Assembly (NCBI RefSeq): GCF_000020025.1
Contig: NC_010628.1
Location: forward strand, 750,001-782,000
DNA from: Nostoc punctiforme PCC 73102
GTDB taxonomy: Bacteria > Cyanobacteriota > Cyanobacteriia > Cyanobacteriales > Nostocaceae
Direction of reading: 5' to 3'
Length of the DNA stretch: 32,000 bases
Shown: piece by piece, positions 26,995 through 32,000 of the stretch
Position numbering within the stretch: the stretch's first letter is position 1
How the letters are laid out: each line of letters begins with the position of its first letter
The notes under the pieces: model-generated
Database searches by the model: none
Told to the model about the DNA's origin: nothing
The model's input: the letters and a program-made list of their open reading frames with translations, nothing else
Made by a program: the position numbers and the translations under genes

Positions 26995-27113
26995 AAAAAT
27001 AACCCTACATTAAGAAAAAGTGCGAAATCTCAGGCTTTTTTACATTATCACTCAATTAAAAAGCTAATCCTACTACCAGAGGTTACAATCGCCCTAGCAT
27101 GAGTAATCCATCT

Positions 27114-27371
27114 TCAGGTGGATTTTGGTGGAGTTTCGGTGTAGTTAGCGATCGCACTAATATAAATCAGATGCGCTAACACTATTGCTGTCCAACTTAA
27201 AGTCACCCAAGGTAGCCACTCCCAGGTAGTGCCTTTCAAAATGTGGAAAAACCACAAGCCAGAGTTAATCGTAGCAGCGATCGCTACATGGGTGGCAAAA
27301 TTCATCCGGTCATCGATCTTACGATAATCAGGGTCTTTGCGATCGGGTTTGCGAGGCCAACGAGGAGGCAT
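27114..27371 (-). CDS. 2TM-domain small membrane protein
   Basis: 85 aa with a basic N-terminus followed by two hydrophobic helices (NFATHVAIAATINSGLWFFHIL and WVTLSWTAIVLAHLIYISAI). Confidence 0.55.
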   Translation of the reverse strand: MPPRWPRKPDRKDPDYRKIDDRMNFATHVAIAATINSGLWFFHILKGTTWEWLPWVTLSWTAIVLAHLIYISAIANYTETPPKST

Positions 27372-27461
27372 AAATATTTGTTACAGATTTAAATACACCC
27401 TATTTATTCTAAGGTTTTTGTGGCAGTGGTTGCTATTAGACCCTGACAACTGGAAGAAGTA

Positions 27462-27592
27462 GGGGGCAGGGGAGAGAATACAAAATTACCTCTTTCCCCT
27501 CTGCTCCGTTCTCCCTGCCCCTCTGCCTCTTTTCTTTCCCCTCTGCTCCCTGCTCCTCTGCCCCTTTGCCTCTTCCCAATGCCCCATTCCCC
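27462..27592. repeat. Low-complexity C/T-rich repeat tract (CCCCTCTGC-type units) with an upstream G-rich inverted segment
   Basis: CCCCTCTGCTCC / CCCCTCTGCCTC / CCCCTCTGCTCC / CCTCTGCCCC units run from 27491 to 27592. GGGGCAGGGGAGAGAA (27463-27478) is imperfectly complementary to TTCTCCCTGCCCC (27509-27521). Confidence 0.6.
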
Positions 27593-27720
27593 AAACATAA
27601 TTCATCAACCTAGTGGATGAGCTTTTAATCTTTCTCAGTTAAAAATGATTCATCTGTTTGATAGAGGGAGCAAATATATCCACTTGTGAACATGGAAAGA
27701 ACCTTTAGAGGTGGATAAAA

Positions 27721-27918
27721 ATGGCTAAGGCAAACCCAGTTGAAATACAAAAGCACTTGAAAGGTGTTGACTATCCTGCGAATAAGCAAGATTTAATTCA
27801 GCACGCTAAAAAGCATGGAGCAGATAAGGGGATTATATCTCTGCTAGACAAACTGCCAGAAGATGAAGAGTTTGAAAGCCCAACCGATCTCAACAAAGCT
27901 ATAGGTGGGATACAGTAG
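27721..27918 (+). CDS. DUF2795 domain protein
   Basis: 65 aa. [26 protein letters not shown]...LLDKLPE...[12 protein letters not shown] matches the DUF2795 pattern. Confidence 0.75.
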
Positions 27919-28429
27919 CTGATTGCTCTGGCGGGAAATAATCTCCTGATTTCCCGCCACTCTTGCTTATTAAACGAATTGATTCAATTTGAATCGACTT
28001 TTCTAAAGCTTTTGCCATATCGTATAAAGTCAGCGCAGCCACAGAAACAGCAGTTAAAGCTTCCATCTCTACACCAGTTTCAGCTTTAGTTTTGACTGTG
28101 GCTTGAATTTGATAACCAGGTAGTTGAGGATCGGGTATAATTTCGACCGCTATTTTTTGCAAAGGCAACGGATGACATAGAGGAATTAAAACGGCTGTTT
28201 GCTTGGCTGCCATAATTCCAGCCAATCTTGCAGTTGCTAACACATCACCTTTTGGGACATTTCCGGCTTGAATAGCAGCGAAGGTTGTTGGCAGCATTCG
28301 CACATTGGCAGCAGCTACTGCTTGGCGGATGGTGGGTGCTTTATCAGACACATCTACCATTTGTGCCTGTCCGTGTTGATCTAGATGGGTTAAGCTGGCA
28401 AAATTAGATAGAAAATTATCTTGCGTCAT
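27899..28429 (-). CDS. moaC: Cyclic pyranopterin monophosphate synthase MoaC
   Basis: [28 protein letters not shown] and [20 protein letters not shown] match MoaC signatures. The 3' end overlaps the convergent DUF2795 gene by 20 nt. Confidence 0.9.
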
Positions 28430-28463
28430 TTAGTTAGAACGTGTTAATATAGATTGTCGGTGA

Positions 28464-28537
28464 GGGCGTGTAGCTCAGTGGACTAGAGCACGTGGCTACG
28501 GACCACGGTGTCGGGGGTTCGAATCCCTCCTCGCCCG
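28464..28537 (+). tRNA. tRNA-Arg (anticodon ACG)
   Basis: 74-nt cloverleaf folded by hand:
- Acceptor stem: GGGCGTG/CTCGCCC.
- D arm: GCTC-AGTGGACTA-GAGC.
- Anticodon arm: CGTGG-CTACGGA-CCACG.
- Variable loop: GTGTC.
- T arm: GGGGG-TTCGAAT-CCCTC.
- Discriminator G, with no encoded CCA.

There is one U:U mismatch at 6:67 and one G:U pair in the T stem. Confidence 0.85.
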
Positions 28538-28561
28538 TTTTATAAGGCTAAGAGTAAAAAG

Positions 28562-28600
28562 TTAGGAGTGAGGAATTAGATTTCTTCACTCCTAATTTTT
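28562..28600 (+). terminator. Rho-independent terminator after tRNA-Arg (overlaps the 3' end of the convergent MFS gene)
   Basis: TTAGGAGTGA (28562-28571) pairs with TCACTCCTAA (28586-28595), giving a 10-bp perfect stem and 14-nt loop, followed by TTTTTAAGTTTTT. Confidence 0.7.
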
Positions 28601-29829
28601 AAGTTTTTCAAGGCATAAACATCTGGAGCTAGACCTAGTGCAAAGCGCAGGGAGTTGGATAGGTTTTTGCTCGACTGGGTGACGAAGATTACAAGTGCAA
28701 CAGAAGTGATCGCAGCACCGTAGCCAAACATATCGCGGTAGCCGACTTGTTCTGCGATGATGCCCAAAAGAGGAGCAGCGATCGCAATTCCCAGGTCAAG
28801 TCCAGCTATGCATAGAGCAAAAATTTGCCCCCGTTCTTCTGGCAGTGAGCGGTCTGCCATCATCACGATCATCATCGAGATTAGTGTACCACCACCAGCA
28901 CCTTCAGCGATCGCAGCCAATAAGAAAACCATCGGGCTGTGAGCCTGCCACAGCAGTATTAACGCTAAAACATAACACAAAATACCAAAGGTGATAAATA
29001 AACCACGACCAAAGCGATCGCTTGCCTTACCAGCAAACACCCTGATACTAAAACTAGCAATTGCCGAAGCTGTAAAAAACAGTCCGCCATTGAAGTCTAC
29101 CTGACTGGATTTGAGAAACAACGAGACAAAGGTATGTACAGCACCGATAGACAAACCAACCAGCAACATAACTATAGTTGGAACTCTCACCTGTGGACTG
29201 TTCAAAATTTGCCAATAATTGCGATCCTCTGCCTCAGTTTGCTCTTGTGTCTGCACTGGTGGATTCATAACTTGTACAATTCCCAAGAGAGCGAAAAAAC
29301 CCAGTTCCGCAGATACCAGAAATAATATTCCGTAACCACTTGTAGCTTCTAAATACCCGCCCAAGGCAGGGCCAATTGCTAAACCAAGGGGAGTTGCTAG
29401 GGTCATGTAACCAATGATTTCGCCACGAGTTTCTGCGGGAGCTAAATCTGCGATTAAGGCACTGTAGCCAGTTGTAAAAGCCGCAACGCTAATACCGTGA
29501 AAAATTCGCACCAGGATCAACAGCCCAATTGATTGGGTTGCCAAGTAACCAAAGGGTGCGATCGCAGCTACTATCGTACCAATCAACAAGACAATTTTTC
29601 GACCACGTTCATCGGCTAACCGTCCTAGCATCGGGCGAAATAGCAATAAACCAATGGCAAAACTGCCCATCACAATCCCAATTTCTTGCTTGCTTGCGCC
29701 CCCATCATCGATATAAAGCGGTAAGGTTGGTAAGAGCGAAGACAAACTCGACCAGAATAATAAACCTGCCGTAAATAAAATCAGCAGGTTGCGCCGCAGT
29801 TCGGTGTCAAAAGTATTAAGTGCTTTCAA
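28576..29829 (-). CDS. MFS transporter
   Basis: 417 aa with about 12 TM segments and the MFS loop 2-3 signature GRLADERGRK. Confidence 0.85.
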   Translation of the reverse strand: MKALNTFDTELRRNLLILFTAGLLFWSSLSSLLPTLPLYIDDGGASKQEIGIVMGSFAIGLLLFRPMLGRLADERGRKIVLLIGTIVAAIAPFGYLATQSIGLLILVRIFHGISVAAFTTGYSALIADLAPAETRGEIIGYMTLATPLGLAIGPALGGYLEATSGYGILFLVSAELGFFALLGIVQVMNPPVQTQEQTEAEDRNYWQILNSPQVRVPTIVMLLVGLSIGAVHTFVSLFLKSSQVDFNGGLFFTASAIASFSIRVFAGKASDRFGRGLFITFGILCYVLALILLWQAHSPMVFLLAAIAEGAGGGTLISMMIVMMADRSLPEERGQIFALCIAGLDLGIAIAAPLLGIIAEQVGYRDMFGYGAAITSVALVIFVTQSSKNLSNSLRFALGLAPDVYALKNLKIRSEEI

Positions 29830-29852
29830 GGTAGATGCAATTTAATGAGTTG

Positions 29853-29937
29853 TTTGTCATTTGTCCTTTGTCCTTTGTTATTTGACCAATGACCAATGAC
29901 CAATGACCAATGACTAATGACTAATGACCAATGACTA
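29853..29937. repeat. STRR heptamer array, TGACCAA units (reverse complement of TTGGTCA, STRR2-type) preceded by TTTGTCC units
   Basis: ...TTTGTCC TTTGTCC TTTGTTA TTTGACC AATGACC AATGACC AATGACC AATGACT AATGACT AATGACC AATGACT..., with strict 7-nt periodicity over about 12 units. Confidence 0.85.
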
Positions 29938-29948
29938 TTATTGTTACG

Positions 29949-30962
29949 TTACTTAACAATTTTTGCTACTACTTCTCGCACGCGATAGATAGGCCGCCCT
30001 TGGGATTCATGATATGTACGCATGAGCAATTCTGCCAAAAGGCCGAAGCAAAATAACTGCACCCCAGTTACTAGCAGGAGAACAGCTAAACTTAGCAAGG
30101 GGCGATTGCCAATCATCTCACCTAAAGCTAATTTGACAAAAGTCAAGTAGATTCCGATCGCTGTGCCTGAAACCATTGAAATCAAGCCCAACAGCCCAAA
30201 AACGTGCATCGGCCGGGTGAGGAATTTTTTCATAAATAGAATGGTTAGCAAATCCATCAACACCCGAAATGTCCGCCAGATCCCATACTTACTACGACCA
30301 AAACGACGGGCGTGATGACGCACGGGTATTTCAGTAATTCTAGCTCCTTCGATGTACGCCAAAGCGGGTAAAAATCGGTGTAATTCACCGTAGAGGTTCA
30401 TATCTGCCAACAGTTCTGCACGATAAGCTTTCAGCGAACAGCCATAATCATGAATATTCACGCTAGTGGTGCGACGAATTAGCCAGTTAGCAATTTTGGA
30501 AGGAAGTAACCGATTTACAGCACCATCTTGGCGTTTTTGCCGCCAACCACTTACCAAATCGTAACCCTCATCCAGCTTTGCTAATAACATAGGGATATCA
30601 GCCGGATCGTTCTGGAGATCGGCATCTAAAGTAACGATCGCTTTCCCGACAGCATAATGAAACCCAGCAGCCATCGCCGCAGTTTGTCCGTAGTTGCGAC
30701 GCAAAATCACCGCCTTTAAATCAGTGCGGTTTTGTGCCTCTTTCTTGAGAAAATCCCCGGAACCATCTGTAGAACCATCATCCACACAAATGATTTCATA
30801 ATTTATCTGGCTAGAGGATAAAGTAAATGCGATCGCTTCTAGTAAAAGCGGCAAACTTTCCACCTCATCATGTATCGGCACCACCACCGAAACATCTGGG
30901 ACAATAGCCGAAATCGTCCCATTCTCTTCACTCAACTCTTGATAAACCTTCCCACTCCTCAT
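29949..30962 (-). CDS. Polyprenyl-phosphate glycosyltransferase, GT2 (DPM1/GtrB/ArnC-like) with C-terminal TM helices
   Basis: VSVVVPIHDE, CVDDGSTDGS, LDADLQNDP, and two C-terminal TM helices. This layout is typical of bactoprenol-phosphate sugar transferases. Confidence 0.85.
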   Translation of the reverse strand: MRSGKVYQELSEENGTISAIVPDVSVVVPIHDEVESLPLLLEAIAFTLSSSQINYEIICVDDGSTDGSGDFLKKEAQNRTDLKAVILRRNYGQTAAMAAGFHYAVGKAIVTLDADLQNDPADIPMLLAKLDEGYDLVSGWRQKRQDGAVNRLLPSKIANWLIRRTTSVNIHDYGCSLKAYRAELLADMNLYGELHRFLPALAYIEGARITEIPVRHHARRFGRSKYGIWRTFRVLMDLLTILFMKKFLTRPMHVFGLLGLISMVSGTAIGIYLTFVKLALGEMIGNRPLLSLAVLLLVTGVQLFCFGLLAELLMRTYHESQGRPIYRVREVVAKIVK

Positions 30963-30976
30963 ATACCCCTGCGTCC

Positions 30977-31705
30977 TCAGCGTCTCTGTGGTTCGTAACT
31001 CTTAAAAACTCTACCAGCACCTCGCAGCTGCTGATAATACGACAGACTAACAGCATCTCCCTGTTCCGAGAGAATATCAATCCCAATTCCATCCCGTCCC
31101 TGATCTTTCCCAGAACTATGGATGTAATAACCATCTGCCAAATAAAGTCCGACATGGGTTGCTTTTTGGCTAGTTCCAAAAAATACCAGATCCCCAGCTA
31201 CTAATTCTGCAATAGTAATTGGTTGGGTGAATCCTTCCTGTTGATAGGCATCTCTAGGTAGCCAAATACCCACCGAAGCAAACGCCGCCTGCATCAACCC
31301 AGAACAGTCATAATTTGGCCCAACCGTACCACCCCAAAGGTAATAATTTGATTGTTGCATTGCTTTTTGGGTAAAGGCGATGACCTCTGCGAGGAGTTTC
31401 TTAATTTCAGATTCAGAAAATGTTGCAGCCTGATAAGGTACAGTAGCAGGTTGTAATGAATCAAAATCTGAAAGAGATAACCATCCCGGATAGTCATCTT
31501 CACACAAATACACCTCGACCGCTAAATTTTGATGATTTGATGTTACCCACAAATGCCTCCCAGATGCAGATTGAGTTGCTAAACGTGTACATTCAGGAGA
31601 ATCAAATAAATTTAGGTCAGCTAAACACTGATACTCCCCTAATTTTGGATTTTGGACTTCGGCTTCGCTCAGTCGAACCATTTTGGATTTTAGATTAAAG
31701 GACAT
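30977..31705 (-). CDS. NlpC/P60 (C40) family cell-wall peptidase
   Basis: YLWGGTVGPNYDCSGLMQAAF contains the catalytic Cys and ATHVGLYL the catalytic His. The preferred start is ATG 31705 (MSFNLKS); the track start at 31741 is a TTG, and ATG 31681 is also possible. Confidence 0.8.
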   Translation of the reverse strand: MSFNLKSKMVRLSEAEVQNPKLGEYQCLADLNLFDSPECTRLATQSASGRHLWVTSNHQNLAVEVYLCEDDYPGWLSLSDFDSLQPATVPYQAATFSESEIKKLLAEVIAFTQKAMQQSNYYLWGGTVGPNYDCSGLMQAAFASVGIWLPRDAYQQEGFTQPITIAELVAGDLVFFGTSQKATHVGLYLADGYYIHSSGKDQGRDGIGIDILSEQGDAVSLSYYQQLRGAGRVFKSYEPQRR

Positions 31706-31714
31706 TATTAGAGA

Positions 31715-32000
31715 ATGATTTTTTTTAATAAAGACGAACAACTCGAAAATATTGGTAATGGCATTTTAGATGCAACTTGGGCAGCATTTCCGACTTTAGC
31801 CCGGAATCAAATTGCGCTGACTTGGGTTGTTTACGATCCACCAGTGCGAGTCAATACTGGTGGGGCGCTGACTCCCAACGCTTTTTGGGATCATCCAGTC
31901 CGTGGTTTTACTTATCGCGGTGTTGAACGGATTTATCCCGCCAGTGTAGTCAAGCTATTTTACCTGGTGGCGGTAAATGAATGGCTAGAAAAAGGCATGA
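31715..32000 (+). CDS. Serine hydrolase (beta-lactamase class A-like), 3'-partial; not in the supplied ORF track
   Basis: The frame is open from ATG 31715 (preceded by an in-frame TAG at 31709-31711) to the window edge. It reads MIFFNKDEQLENIGNGILDATWAAFPTLARNQIALTWVVYDPP...ERIYPASVVKLFYLVAVNEWLEKG, with the S-x-x-K motif ASVVK. Confidence 0.65.
   Translation, partial: MIFFNKDEQLENIGNGILDATWAAFPTLARNQIALTWVVYDPPVRVNTGGALTPNAFWDHPVRGFTYRGVERIYPASVVKLFYLVAVNEWLEKGM

Noticed and set aside
27404-27598. 64-aa ORF (MFGEWGIGKRQRGRGAGSRGERKEAEGQGERSRGERG...) on the minus strand.
   Set aside because: It lies entirely in the C/T-rich low-complexity repeat. Its G/E/R-rich composition is the direct translation of that repeat, with no start context or family resemblance.
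28430-28600. The tRNA-Arg as an integration hotspot, or a Moco riboswitch upstream of moaC.
   Set aside because: No integrase, direct repeat of the tRNA 3' end or foreign-looking genes flank the tRNA. Only 34 bp separate the moaC start from the tRNA, too short for a Moco riboswitch.
29853-29937. The tandem repeats here, and those at 18966-18993 and 11771-11891, as a CRISPR array.
   Set aside because: The units are 7 nt with no spacers. That is STRR-type microsatellite structure, and no cas genes are present.
30928-31698. ORFs 30928..31179, 31294..31503 and 31456..31698, overlapping the NlpC/P60 gene.
   Set aside because: They are alternative-frame or antisense shadows of a gene with clear catalytic Cys and His motifs.

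Overview
The window looks like a chromosomal segment of a filamentous, Nostoc/Anabaena-type cyanobacterium. The evidence is many HIP1 octamers GCGATCGC (e.g. 199-206, 3108-3115), heptameric STRR-type tandem repeats including the TTGGTCA/TGACCAA family, and moderate to low GC by eye. All calls rest on motif recognition in the supplied translations and on reading the DNA; no searches were run.

I can support about 31 protein-coding genes, one tRNA-Arg(ACG), several stem-loops and several short-repeat elements. I see no rRNA, CRISPR array, transposase, integrase or phage genes.

Gene content, left to right:
- nadR-like/pnuC nicotinamide riboside salvage pair, fdhD, and a class-C-type serine hydrolase.
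- A six-gene minus-strand surface-glycan cluster (five glycosyltransferases plus a Wzy/O-antigen-ligase-like membrane protein), preceded by glmM.
- Heme oxygenase.
- A compact organosulfur-scavenging-like island at 15.1-22.9 kb.
- A secreted TPR protein, a COG0523 G3E GTPase, an ABA4-like DUF4281 protein and several small conserved proteins.
- moaC, tRNA-Arg, an MFS transporter, a polyprenyl-phosphate GT2, an NlpC/P60 peptidase and the 5' end of a serine hydrolase.

The most unusual part is the 15.1-22.9 kb island. It contains:
- A 695-aa protein that reads as a complete LysR-type regulator with an extra SsuA/NitT/TauT-like solute-binding domain fused to its C-terminus.
- An RutA/SfnG-like LLM monooxygenase whose otherwise intact frame has a TGA exactly where the family has a conserved Trp.
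- A 670-bp divergent control region rich in palindromes.
- An SfnG-like monooxygenase and two SfnB/DszC-like acyl-CoA-dehydrogenase-fold genes, separated by an unlisted 55-codon membrane-peptide ORF.
- No transporter or flavin reductase.

I cannot show from sequence alone that any of this is truly undescribed.
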